Shown here one piece after another: positions 48,495 through 58,902 of a stretch of 64,000 bases of DNA (positions are counted from its first letter, which is position 1; the number at the start of each line of letters is the position of its first letter). Origin of the DNA: an uncultured SAR86 cluster bacterium (GTDB lineage: Bacteria > Pseudomonadota > Gammaproteobacteria > Magnimaribacterales > D2472). A program made the position numbers and the translations under genes. The notes under the pieces are model-generated. The model made no database searches and was not told where the DNA came from. It saw only the letters and a list, made by a program, of their open reading frames with translations. Location: the NCBI GenBank assembly GCA_943789005.1, contig CALSSL010000003.1, forward strand, positions 67,408 through 131,407. Reading direction: 5' to 3'.

Positions 48495-49666
48495 TTTGAT
48501 AACTCCGTCATTGCATTCTCTAATCCCTTTAATGTTAAAGGATACATTCTATTATCAAATAAGTCTCTAAGAATGCATACTGATGAGGTGTAATCCCAAT
48601 GATCATCTGGAACTGGATTAAGCCAAGCAATATTATCAAAGTGATCTGACAGTCTTTTAATCCAAACGTGACCAGGCTCTTCATTCCAATGCTCTATGCT
48701 TCCACCGGGATTAGTTATTTCATAAGGCGCCATAGTCGCATCACCAACTACAATAACTTTGTAATCAGATGAATATTTATTAATCATATCTTGAACTAAG
48801 AATCTTTCTTGGGATCTTCTTAGATTATCTTTCCAAACAGATTCATACATACAATTATGAAAATAGTAGTACTCAAGATGTTTAAATTCTGTCTTGATTG
48901 CAGAAAAGAGTTCTTCGCATAATTTAATATAAGGATCCATTGATCCACCAACATCAAAAAGAACAATAACTTTTACAGTATTAGATCTTTCAGGAACCAT
49001 GTGTATATCAAGATAGCCTGCATTTTTGGCAGTGGATTTAATAGTTCCATCCATATCTAACTCTAAATCATTTCCTTGACGAGCAAATTTACGCAGTCTT
49101 CTAAGAGCCATCTTAATATCTCTAGTACCAATAATTATTGAATCATCTAGGTTACTAAATTGTCTTTGCTCCCATACTTTTACTGCACTTTTCTGTCCGC
49201 CTTCTCCCCCAACTCTTATACCTTCTGGATTTTGACCACCATGACCAAAAGGAGATGTGCCGTTAGTTCCAACCCATTTATTACCACCCTCATGTCTTTC
49301 TTTTTGTTCTTCTAATCTTTTTTTGAATTCATCAAGTAATTTTTCGAGCCCTCCAAGAGATTGAATTTTTTTTAGCTCTTCGGGGTCTAATTCTTTTTCA
49401 AAAGCTTTTCTAAGCCAATCCTCAGGAATAAGAGCCTGGAATATATCTTCAAGCTTTTCTATGCCTTTAAAATATATATCAAATGCTTTATCGAATTTGT
49501 CATAATGTTTTTCATCTTTAACTAATATTGCTCTAGAAAGATAATAAAAATCATCAATATTTGCATAAACCATATTTTTTTCAAGGGCACCCAGTAGATC
49601 CAGCAACTCTCTAAGTGTGCAAGGCACACCAGCTGATCTAACGGTTTGAAAAAGATTAATCAGCAT
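48491..49666 (-). CDS. VWA-domain protein, CoxE-like
   Basis: 391 aa. The N-terminus LFQTVRSAGVPCTLRELLDLLGAL is typical of the CoxE family. VWA core VIVLFDVGGSMD is a MIDAS-like D-x-G-G-S in place of D-x-S-G-S. Confidence 0.75.
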   Translation of the reverse strand: MLINLFQTVRSAGVPCTLRELLDLLGALEKNMVYANIDDFYYLSRAILVKDEKHYDKFDKAFDIYFKGIEKLEDIFQALIPEDWLRKAFEKELDPEELKKIQSLGGLEKLLDEFKKRLEEQKERHEGGNKWVGTNGTSPFGHGGQNPEGIRVGGEGGQKSAVKVWEQRQFSNLDDSIIIGTRDIKMALRRLRKFARQGNDLELDMDGTIKSTAKNAGYLDIHMVPERSNTVKVIVLFDVGGSMDPYIKLCEELFSAIKTEFKHLEYYYFHNCMYESVWKDNLRRSQERFLVQDMINKYSSDYKVIVVGDATMAPYEITNPGGSIEHWNEEPGHVWIKRLSDHFDNIAWLNPVPDDHWDYTSSVCILRDLFDNRMYPLTLKGLENAMTELSK

Positions 49667-50518
49667 CTATTTATTTGCTGCTTCTCTTCTAGACATAAAT
49701 GCAAGACGTTCAAGAAGTTGAACATCTTGTTCATTTTTTAATAAGGCTCCATATAAAGGAGGTATCGCTTTTGATGAATCTGCATTTTTTAGTATTTCAT
49801 CGGGCATGTCATCTGATAGAAGAGTTTTAGCCAATCTATTAGCTCTGATGTAGAAGGTTTTTTCTTTAATCCTGGAATCTTTCTTAAATCAAAGAATATC
49901 TCAAGCGCTTCATTAACCAGCTTTTTCTTAATCTTTGGATAATGAACTGAAACTATTTTATTCATAGTTTCTCTATCAGGAAACTGGATGTAATGAAAAA
50001 AACATCTTCTCAAAAAAGCATCTGGTAATTCTTTCTCATTATTAGAAGTCATAACTATTAAAGGTCTATGCTTAGCTTTAATAGTTTCACCAGTTTCATA
50101 GCAAAAAAATTCCATCCTATCGATTTCTTGAAGTAAGATCATTTGGAAATTCAATATCTGCTTTATCAATTTCATCTATTAAAAGAACAACTTGCTTCTC
50201 GGAAGTAAAAGCCTCCCAAAGCTTTCCTTTTTTAATATAATTGCTGATATCTTTAACTCTCTCATCTCCAAGTTGAGAATCTCTCAGACGAGTTACCGCA
50301 TCATACTCATATAAACCCTGTGATGCTTTTGTAGTAGATTTAATATGCCACTCAATAAGCTCCATATCCAAAGCTTTTGCAACTTCTATTGCAAGCAGAG
50401 TCTTACCTGTACCAGGCTCACCTTTTATTAATAAAGGTCTTTCAAGGGCCATTGAGGCATTGACTGCCATGCTCAAATCTTCAGTAGCAATATAATTTTT
50501 AGTTCCTTTGAATTGCAT
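49667..50518 (-). pseudogene. MoxR-family AAA+ ATPase (CoxD-like) read in three frames (two frame changes)
   Basis: ORF 50117..50518 has Walker A GEPGTGKT and Walker B VVLLIDEIDKA, and ORF 49789..50175 follows. Hand translation of 49667..49800 gives LSDDMPDEILKNADSSKAIPPLYGALLKNEQDVQLLERLAFMSRREAANK*. Its TAG stop abuts the VWA ATG. Confidence 0.75.
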
Positions 50519-50529
50519 AGTTCTTCCTT

Positions 50530-51372
50530 TTATTTAGATAGTTTTTCTTCTGACTTTAGTATTCTAGTGAGTTGTCGACTTGAAGCAACTAAATTTTTGT
50601 TTAAATCCCAAATATTGCAGTCTTGTTCAAAATATCCTTTGTTAATATCTTTAGCAATAAAATCAGCAAACAAGATTTCGGTAGTAGGCATTTGTCTTAT
50701 GTGAGTAGTTAAACTGTAGGTTGGTATCCAGCCCAATGGTCCGAATTTATTAGATACAACTGGTGGAGCTACATCAACATAAAATGATAAAACAAACTGA
50801 TCTGGAATACCTCCATCCATTTGCATATATGACGAACATCTTGCTTCGACATCTTTTATATCTATATCTCTATCCCACCAAGCATGACTAGGATGAACTG
50901 TGCAGCTTAATTGATGTATAAATGAGGGAGTCAAGCCTGGAGATATTTTGTCATAATTTAAATCCTTGTATTTCTCTATTGGAATCTCCTTCATTATCTC
51001 AGGAGGATTTGTTTCTAAGCCGTCATATCCTTTCATATGCTCTAAATCTGAACATATAGCATTGAATACGGTACATATCTTGTTATCTTGTATAAGCTTA
51101 ACAGCGCCTGATGAAGTTCCTCTGGAAACTTTAAATATTTCAACTTCTAAAGTAATATCATTTGCTTCAATCCTATCTAAATACTGTATCGATGAACTTA
51201 TTGCTACTGAGTGCGGTACTGATGATATTAGGGCCTTGTGCATAAGCGCATTTAAATATCCACCATGAGGTGTCTTACCAACAAAATATCTAGAATCGGG
51301 ATTAATACTGTAGGTATTTTCAGAGACAGTTTCTAATAACAAAGCATTTTGGAATTGATCAAATTGATTCAT
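50530..51372 (-). CDS. Thioesterase-like (double hotdog, TesB/4HBT_3-like) protein
   Basis: 280 aa with GKTPHGGYLNALMHKAL. Lies 11 nt upstream of the MoxR gene. Confidence 0.55.
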   Translation of the reverse strand: MNQFDQFQNALLLETVSENTYSINPDSRYFVGKTPHGGYLNALMHKALISSVPHSVAISSSIQYLDRIEANDITLEVEIFKVSRGTSSGAVKLIQDNKICTVFNAICSDLEHMKGYDGLETNPPEIMKEIPIEKYKDLNYDKISPGLTPSFIHQLSCTVHPSHAWWDRDIDIKDVEARCSSYMQMDGGIPDQFVLSFYVDVAPPVVSNKFGPLGWIPTYSLTTHIRQMPTTEILFADFIAKDINKGYFEQDCNIWDLNKNLVASSRQLTRILKSEEKLSK

Positions 51373-51424
51373 GATTCAACAATTTTAGTTCATAATTCCC
51401 TTTTATAGAAATTATCTAGAATAT

Positions 51425-52210
51425 ATGAATAATTTATTTGATATAGCTTGTAACTTTTCAAGTGATCGTTTCGACAGCGATTTAAATGAAGTTATTAAAA
51501 GAGCTAAAGATAATAAGGTAACAAAATTTTTAATAGTATCTGCTTCTTTAGAAGACACAAAAAAAGTTAACAATATATATGAAGATAATAAAGATTCATG
51601 TTTTTTTACTATTGGTGTTCATCCCCATAATGCAAAAGAATTTAATTCCTCATCATCTCTAAAGATGAAACATCTTATTGAAGAATACAAACCTCATAGC
51701 GTTGGAGAAACTGGATTAGACTTTTTCAGAAATATATCAACTTACGAGGAACAATTATTTGCATTTGAACAACAAATTCAAATAGCTATAGAAACTAACC
51801 TACCCTTATTTCTGCATCAAAGGGATGCTCATGATGATTTTATGAAAACCATTTCAAAATATAAAAATAATATTTCGAAGGCTGTTGTGCATTGTTTTAC
51901 TGGAACACAAAAAGAATTAGATGATTATTTGGAGATGGGATTTCATATTGGTCTCACTGGCTGGATATGTGATGAGAGAAGAAATGTCGATTTAAGAAAA
52001 TCCTTGATCAATATTCCTATTGAAAAACTTATGATTGAAACTGATTGTCCATATTTAATACCCAGGAATCTCAAAGATAAACCAAAAAACAATAGAAATG
52101 AGCCCTCTCATCTTCCTCATATTGCTAAAGAAATTGCCTTATTATTAGATATTGATAAAGATAAGTTGATTGATATAACTTATAAAAATAGTTTGGACTT
52201 TTTTAGCTAA
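51425..52210 (+). CDS. TatD family metal-dependent hydrolase
   Basis: 261 aa with GVHPH, GETGLDF, LFLHQRDAH, VHCFTG and ETDCPYL. Confidence 0.88.
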   Translation: MNNLFDIACNFSSDRFDSDLNEVIKRAKDNKVTKFLIVSASLEDTKKVNNIYEDNKDSCFFTIGVHPHNAKEFNSSSSLKMKHLIEEYKPHSVGETGLDFFRNISTYEEQLFAFEQQIQIAIETNLPLFLHQRDAHDDFMKTISKYKNNISKAVVHCFTGTQKELDDYLEMGFHIGLTGWICDERRNVDLRKSLINIPIEKLMIETDCPYLIPRNLKDKPKNNRNEPSHLPHIAKEIALLLDIDKDKLIDITYKNSLDFFS

Positions 52211-53307
52211 AAGCCTCTTTATCCAGGTTAAACTCATCACAAATGTTATTTGTGTCTGAGCCTACCTCTTTGGCATTATGTTTAATTGATAATTCATCAT
52301 TTGAGAATCTTGGTGCTGGTGCTGGTTGATTAAATCCATCTATATCTACAAAAGGCATTTCTTGAAATATTGTGCTCATGCTTTTTGGCTTCACTCATAC
52401 TTAATACAGGAGTAACGCAACCGTCAGTATCCGAAAAAACTTTTATCCAATGATCTCTAGATTGAGATTTAATTTTAATTGCAATAATGTTCTTTAATTC
52501 TTGCCAAATAGATTGATCCATCTGATTATTAAATCTAGGATCTGTCAATTCTAATTTTTCTAATAAAATTTTATAGAATTGAGGCTCAATTGAACCTACA
52601 GCAATAAATTTTTTATCAGAGCATTCGTAGGTATCGTAAAAATGCGCTGCTCCATCTAAAAAATTCGATTGTCTTTTATCTTTCCATATTCCCATTTCCT
52701 GTAATGAATAAAAAAAACTCATGAGAGAAAGACTGCCATCAATCATAGCTGAGTCAATTACTTGGCCTTTTCCAGTTCTTGATGAACTAATAACAGCTGC
52801 CAATATACCCATTGCTAACATCATGCCCCCGCCACCATAATCACCAATAAGATTTAGCGGTATCGATGGTTTTGAGCTTTCATTACCAATGGCATTTAGT
52901 GCACCTGAAAGACTAATATAATTAATATCATGGCCTGCCCTTTTAGACATAGGGCCATCTTGTCCCCAACCAGTCATCCTTCCATAAACCAAAGATTTGT
53001 TTAATTTAAGACATTCTTTAGGTCCTAATCCTAGTTTTTCCATGACGCCAGGTCTATAACCTTCAAACATAACGTCCATTTCTTGAATTAACTTTCTAAT
53101 CTCTTTAAGTGTTTTAGGATTTTTTAAGTCTGCAACAATACTTCTTTTGGATCGATTGTGAATATCATATTTATTGTTTGAGCCTTTTTGATCAATTCTA
53201 CTCAACCTAATAACATCAGCTCCAAGATCAGCTAATAGCATCCCGCAGTATGGACCAGGACCAATTCCTGAGAATTCTAATATTTTGATACCATTTAGCG
53301 GGCCCAT
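52203..53307 (-). pseudogene. CaiB/BaiF family III CoA-transferase (AMACR-like) with one frame change near the 3' end
   Basis: ORF 52330..53307 (GIKILEFSGIGPGPYCGMLLADLGADVI) plus ORF 52203..52394, which carries the family C-terminus. Confidence 0.75.
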
Positions 53308-53316
53308 GTATCTATA

Positions 53317-55790
53317 TTATTGGAAAACTTTAAATTTAACTAATAAATTTGGTAAAAGTGATAAGGAGGATATAAAAGCTACTAACATTGCTAGAGCTGT
53401 AAATATTCCAAATAGTTGGGTCGGGAAAAAGTTTGATAAAGATAAAATTGAGAAGCCTGTTGCTATAGTGGCTGCTGTATAAAAAATTGCTCTTCCAGTG
53501 GTTGTATGTGCATTCAATAATGCCTGCTCTACTGACTTTGTGGCTTTCATTTCCTTCTTGTATCTATATATATAATGGATGGTGTTATCTACAGCCATAC
53601 CCACACTAATAGCAGCCACAGTTATTGTCATAATATCTAAAGGTATCCTAAGCAAACCTAATGTTCCTATAACTGATGATGCAACAAAGATATTAGGAAT
53701 TAATCCTATGACCATAATTTTAAAAGATTTAAAAATCAATAAAAGCATCAATGCAATAACACTAAATACTAGTGTTAAGGACCCTATCTGGGATTGAAAT
53801 AAAGACTGCAACATATTGTTATAAAGAACTGCTAAACCGGTCATTTCGAACCTTTCTTCTGGAAGGTTAAATTTTGTTTGAAGATCGTAACTAATTTTTT
53901 CTAATAAATCTTTGCGATTTAAGTTTTCAGCTAGATTCATTGACTCTAGTAGAAATTCTTACAATTGAGTCATCGCTATTAATGTATGAATACAATAAAG
54001 TTTCTCTAATATCTTCAGGCAATACAGATCTAAGTAAAGCTAACTCAAGATCATTAAGATCTTTGCCATCATTTATCATTCTTGCAAGCTTTATACCACT
54101 AGATACACTTAAAACTTTTCCAATTTCAGGCAGTGACTCAAGATAGTCATGAATATTCTCTAATTCTGCTAATGAATAGACATTCCACCAATAACCAGAA
54201 GCATTGCTATCATCGTCATCAAATAAACCATCATCAAAGAAGTCATCTGCAATTAAATCTTCAGATATTTCTTCAAAAGGCTCTCTTATGATGATATCTA
54301 AAGTTGCAGTTCCACCAAGATTTTTATCAATCTCCAACATACCCTGATGTATCTCAGTCTCCTCATCAAAGTAATCAATAAACCTATTTTCAACAATTAA
54401 TTTTGTTGTGCCAAAAATTAAAATACAAAAAGTAGATGCAAAAACTAAATAGATAGAAAGTGAATTATTTTTTGCTAATGATAAAATTTTATTAGTTATT
54501 TTATGCAATGAAAGATAATCTTTGCTTTGAGACTCTTTTAGAAGAGAAATAGCACTAGGCAAGAAGGAAAATGTAAAAATGAATGCAATTGAAATTCCAA
54601 ATGCCATCATTTTACCAAATTCAATTACAGGCTTTAGATCACCAAGCAACAAAGATAAGAATGCCACTGCTGTTGTTATGGCAGCAAAAAAGCATGGTAA
54701 AAACATTTGATTAACTGAATCTATAAGTGAGTTTTTATAATCCGAAGATTCTTTTTTTAATTCATTTATTTTAACTAAAACATGAACTGTCAAAGATATG
54801 GTTAAAATCAGGAGTAAAGCTATAAAGTTTGAGGATACGACACTAATTTTCCAATCCATAAAACCTAAAAAGCCTGCAGTAACAAAAGTTGTAAAGAATG
54901 CATTAAGAATAGGAAGAATAACAAACCAAATATTTCCAAAAAATAAATACAACATAAATGCAAAAACTAAAGCAACGGCAGAGCCAAATACAACAAGATC
55001 TGATTTTATATAATCCATCATATCTGAAGTAATCATTGCCGGACCACCAAGATATAAGGTTGCTTCATTTTTATAGAAACCTAATATATTTCTTATTTCT
55101 TGAACCAGATTGGAATTAAATTTAGATTCATTGTCATTTAAGCTACTAATTCTTTGATTGATTGATTGGAGTTCTTTGATTAAAGATAATCTAACTTCTT
55201 TGGTTATCGGCTCTTTTGCGCTTAAAGAATCAAGTATCTCATACCGTTTATTAATAAGAAGATCATATTCATCATTAGCTCTTAGTACCACTTGCATTGC
55301 TGTGATGCTACCGTCAGCACTAATAATTAAATCTTTATATATTGGGTTGTTGATGATCTCATCTTTGGCAAGCTCTAAATCAATCCCTTCTGTAGTAAGA
55401 TCCTTAAGGTTGTCTGATACTTTTGTAGAGACTAACTTTTGGTTGAAAAAATATAGGGGCATCAAGCAATGATAGAACAGAATCTACTCCATCAATGCTT
55501 GATAATTTTTGTTCAATTTCCTCAAGGGTTGATAATGCTTCTTTGGTAAATAATTCATTATTAGGCTCATAGGTGACAATCAAAAAACTTGAATCACCAA
55601 ACTCTTCCTCATTTTCTCTATATTTTTTTAATGCTAAATCACCCTCTAAAACCAAGGCATCTGAAGATGCGTCTAATTTAAAATTAGATATACCCTTAAA
55701 TGAAATAAAAATTGTTAAAAACACCAAAGCTAAGATGATAAGTGGTTTTGTTATTACGAAATTTGAATATTTGTAGATAAGATCTTTCAT
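53317..55790 (-). pseudogene. RND-superfamily (MMPL/HpnN-like, SSD-containing) transporter in three frames
   Basis: ORFs 55404..55805, 53927..55465 and 53317..53940 are collinear pieces of one exporter of about 820 aa and 12 TM. The junctions lie in the two short overlaps. Confidence 0.7.
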
Positions 55791-55832
55791 ACTATCTATT
55801 TGCACATTCTGGTGAATCTAGAATAATTGGAT

Positions 55833-56099
55833 TTAACTTAAACTCATTTTATCAAATGCATGAATAGAAAGTGCATGAATTTTAGTCATTAAATTATCTA
55901 GTTTTTTGTATACTAATTTATGTCTTTGAATCATAGTTAGATTCAAAAAATCTTCACTTACTATAACTATTTTAAAATGGCTTTCTGACCCTTCTGGAAC
56001 ATTATGCATAAAACTTTCATTAATAATTTTAAGAGAAGATAAGTCCATTGAGGTTTTAAGAGTATTAACTATTTGAGATTCAATTGGGCCATTGCTCAT
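55833..56099 (-). CDS. BolA family protein
   Basis: 88 aa with INESFMHNVPEGSESHFKIVIVS and IHALSIHA. Confidence 0.85.
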   Translation of the reverse strand: MSNGPIESQIVNTLKTSMDLSSLKIINESFMHNVPEGSESHFKIVIVSEDFLNLTMIQRHKLVYKKLDNLMTKIHALSIHAFDKMSLS

Positions 56100-56145
56100 A
56101 TAAGTGTCATTATAGATGAATATAACCTATAAGATTTATTTTTAA

Positions 56146-56604
56146 TTAAGGATAATCTCTTTTAAGTAATTTATTATAAAAAAGAGCGAAAACAATTATA
56201 AATAAAGCACCTAGTGCTACTGGCATCAATACAAAAGATAAACTCTTACCTCCCAGTATTGCAATAATTGGATTGGCTCCTGCTGGAGGATGAATTGAAT
56301 TAAATAAAGTCATAACAAAAACAGATAAACCTACAGCAATTCCAATTGATATAAATGAAGAACCCATTAGCATATAAATAACTACCCCACTCAAGGCAGA
56401 TAAAGTGTGACCAAAAAAAATATTCTTAGGTTCCGCAAGAGGACTTTTGTGCACTGCCATAACTAGCACCATGGTTGCGCCAAAAGGAGGTATTAGCCAT
56501 ATTTCGCCATAATCTGAAAAGTGTAAGAGAGAAAGCATGCTTATACATATACATGCTCCAATGGATGAAAGTAAATTATCAATTAACTTTTTCTTTTCTA
56601 GCAT
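56146..56604 (-). CDS. HPP family membrane protein
   Basis: 152 aa, 4 TM, with the HPPAGANP motif. Confidence 0.85.
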   Translation of the reverse strand: MLEKKKLIDNLLSSIGACICISMLSLLHFSDYGEIWLIPPFGATMVLVMAVHKSPLAEPKNIFFGHTLSALSGVVIYMLMGSSFISIGIAVGLSVFVMTLFNSIHPPAGANPIIAILGGKSLSFVLMPVALGALFIIVFALFYNKLLKRDYP

Positions 56605-56653
56605 TATAACAAGGTTAACTTATTTTATGTTTATTGGATATGCAATATCCTGC

Positions 56654-56836
56654 TCAGCCATCGAGTGGAAGTTGATCAATATTTTCAATTAATATAGAAA
56701 TTTCCTCCCATCTTGCCCATTCAACAGAATTTAGAGAAGCGGCATATTCAGCTGCTCTTAACATAGCAATAGTCTGAGCTTCCTCGCCGTATTGAGAAAT
56801 AAGAGATATAGCTATTGTACGAAGATCGTCTTTCAA
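56654..56836 (-). CDS. Small hypothetical protein
   Basis: 60-aa helical ORF in a tight same-strand array. No family recognised. Confidence 0.4.
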   Translation of the reverse strand: MKDDLRTIAISLISQYGEEAQTIAMLRAAEYAASLNSVEWARWEEISILIENIDQLPLDG

Positions 56837-56947
56837 CTTTATTTAAAAGGTTTTTTATAATGTTATAAAACTGTATCCCATGTAAAATCCTTTGTATAGT
56901 TGTGAAATGAAGAATAAATCAATAGAAAAAATAACTGCATAAAAGAT

Positions 56948-57934
56948 ATGAATATTTTATGGATAAAAGATGGTAAGCAAGGCCATGAAAAACAGGTTAA
57001 AGTATTAATAGATGAACTATCTAAATCCGTAGATATTAATCTTATAGAAGAAAACTATAAGATTAATAATTTATCAAGGCTAAAAAATTATTATCACTAC
57101 CTAACTAATAACTTTTTTAATAAAGCTGTTGAATTTATTAAGTTAATGAATAAGTGCAATCAAAATAATATAGATTGTGTTATTGGGGCTGGGAGCTCAG
57201 TTCATATGCGCATGCTATTAATTAAAAGCTATTTTAAAAATAAACATCAGAAAGATATTAGTTTGGTCAGTGTCCTTGTGCCGAGTTTATTTCATAAAAA
57301 TTTTAGTGTTATATGCGCCCCACTCCATGATGATAAAAAATTAACTAATAATGAAAATATTATTTACTTTGAGGGTTCTTTAGCAAAAGTATCTATAAAA
57401 GACATAGATGAGAATATTGGATTGATTGCACTTGGTGGTCTTAATAAACATTATGACTTTGATGAAGAAGATCTTTTAAAGCAGATCCAATATATATTAA
57501 CTTTATATCCTCAAAAAAAATGGTTTCTATTTATCTCAAGGAGAACACCAAGTTATATAACTGAAGAAATATCTAAGTTAAAAAATGAATTTAGTAACCT
57601 AATAATTACTGACAAAGACTTTGATGAAGTCATAGAGAAAGCATCCATAAAATTTATTACCCAGGATAGCGTAAATATGGTTTATGAGGCTCTATCTACG
57701 AAAGGTAAAACATATCTGTTTAATATGAATTATAAAAAAGAAAATAAAATATCAAGGCAGATGAATCTTCTCATTACTAATAAACAAATTGGTTATATTG
57801 AAAAAATAAATATTGCTGAAGGTTTAGAAAAAATTAAAATTCAGTCACAAAACCCATATCATGAAGTTTTTTCTGAAGTTGAGAAAGTGGCCTATCAGTT
57901 AATTAAAAAATTAAATTTAAACTCTGCTAAATGA
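56948..57934 (+). CDS. ELM1/DUF1022 family protein (predicted glycosyltransferase-like)
   Basis: 328 aa with N-terminal ILWIKDGKQGHEKQ, typical of the family. The stop overlaps the next ATG (ATGA). Confidence 0.6.
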   Translation: MNILWIKDGKQGHEKQVKVLIDELSKSVDINLIEENYKINNLSRLKNYYHYLTNNFFNKAVEFIKLMNKCNQNNIDCVIGAGSSVHMRMLLIKSYFKNKHQKDISLVSVLVPSLFHKNFSVICAPLHDDKKLTNNENIIYFEGSLAKVSIKDIDENIGLIALGGLNKHYDFDEEDLLKQIQYILTLYPQKKWFLFISRRTPSYITEEISKLKNEFSNLIITDKDFDEVIEKASIKFITQDSVNMVYEALSTKGKTYLFNMNYKKENKISRQMNLLITNKQIGYIEKINIAEGLEKIKIQSQNPYHEVFSEVEKVAYQLIKKLNLNSAK

Positions 57935-58902
57935 AAATTATTCATCTAATACTAAGCGATGTTTATGCTGGCATGGAGCAATATGTAAATGAATTAATTA
58001 TTGAGCAAGAAAATGAATGTGATGTTGTTTTGATTTGCACTAAAAACATTAGCAAAAAATTTAAAAATAAAAATACAGTCTCGATTAAGGACTTTAGTAG
58101 GAATTCGCCTATTGGCCTATTAAGTATGTATTTTCTTATAAAAAAACAAAATGCTGATTTGATTCATACACATGGATCAAAAACTGCAAGCATAGTGAAT
58201 ATTCTTAAAAGATTCTTAAATATTAAACATGTTGCATCTGCTCATGGAATAAAAAAGAAAGATAAACCATTTCTTAAAGCTGATAAACTTATTTGTGCAA
58301 GTGTAAATGTGCAAAAATCTATAAAAAGAAATTCCATTGTTGTTAATAATTGGTACTCACCCATACTTCCTAAAAAAATCGATAGAACTCCTGAATATGT
58401 GATTGCCGTTGGCAGATTAGAAAAAGTAAAAGGGTTTGATTTGCTAATTCAGTCATGGGTAAGGGTTCAAGCTAAATTAATGATAATTGGGAGTGGTAAT
58501 GAGTTTAAAAAATTAAATGATTTAATCTACAATCTAAAACTTGAAAATAAAATTAAAATTATTGATGCGGTAACTCAAGAAGAATTAATTAAATATTATA
58601 AAAAAGCATCGATGATGGTTATCTCATCTAGAAATGAAGGTGGTCCAAGAGTTGCTCTTGAGGCATTGAAGCTAGAAATACCTGTAATTTCTACTTCAGT
58701 TGGGCACATGCCTGAAATTCTTCCACAAGAACTTCTTGCTATTCCTGATAATTTAGATTCATTAAGAAATTTAGTTGAAAAATATGTAAATAATTTATCT
58801 TATAAACAAGATTCTATTTTTGAATATATTCAAGAAGAGTTTTCATTGGAAGAAAAAACTCAACAAATAATGGATATTTATAAAGAATTACTCATATCTT
58901 AG
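57931..58902 (+). CDS. Glycosyltransferase family 4 (GT-B)
   Basis: 323 aa with SRNEGGPRVALEALKLEIPVISTSVG (E-x7-E). Confidence 0.85.
   Translation: MKIIHLILSDVYAGMEQYVNELIIEQENECDVVLICTKNISKKFKNKNTVSIKDFSRNSPIGLLSMYFLIKKQNADLIHTHGSKTASIVNILKRFLNIKHVASAHGIKKKDKPFLKADKLICASVNVQKSIKRNSIVVNNWYSPILPKKIDRTPEYVIAVGRLEKVKGFDLLIQSWVRVQAKLMIIGSGNEFKKLNDLIYNLKLENKIKIIDAVTQEELIKYYKKASMMVISSRNEGGPRVALEALKLEIPVISTSVGHMPEILPQELLAIPDNLDSLRNLVEKYVNNLSYKQDSIFEYIQEEFSLEEKTQQIMDIYKELLIS

Noticed and set aside
50513-55776. Plus-strand ORFs antisense to the thioesterase, RND and caiB-like genes (50513..50704, 50966..51268, 53285..53482, 53579..53797, 53940..54146, 54798..55013, 55158..55472, 55573..55776)
   Set aside because: All lie opposite recognisable minus-strand genes. 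Their Ser/Ile/Lys-rich compositions are typical of AT-rich antisense frames.
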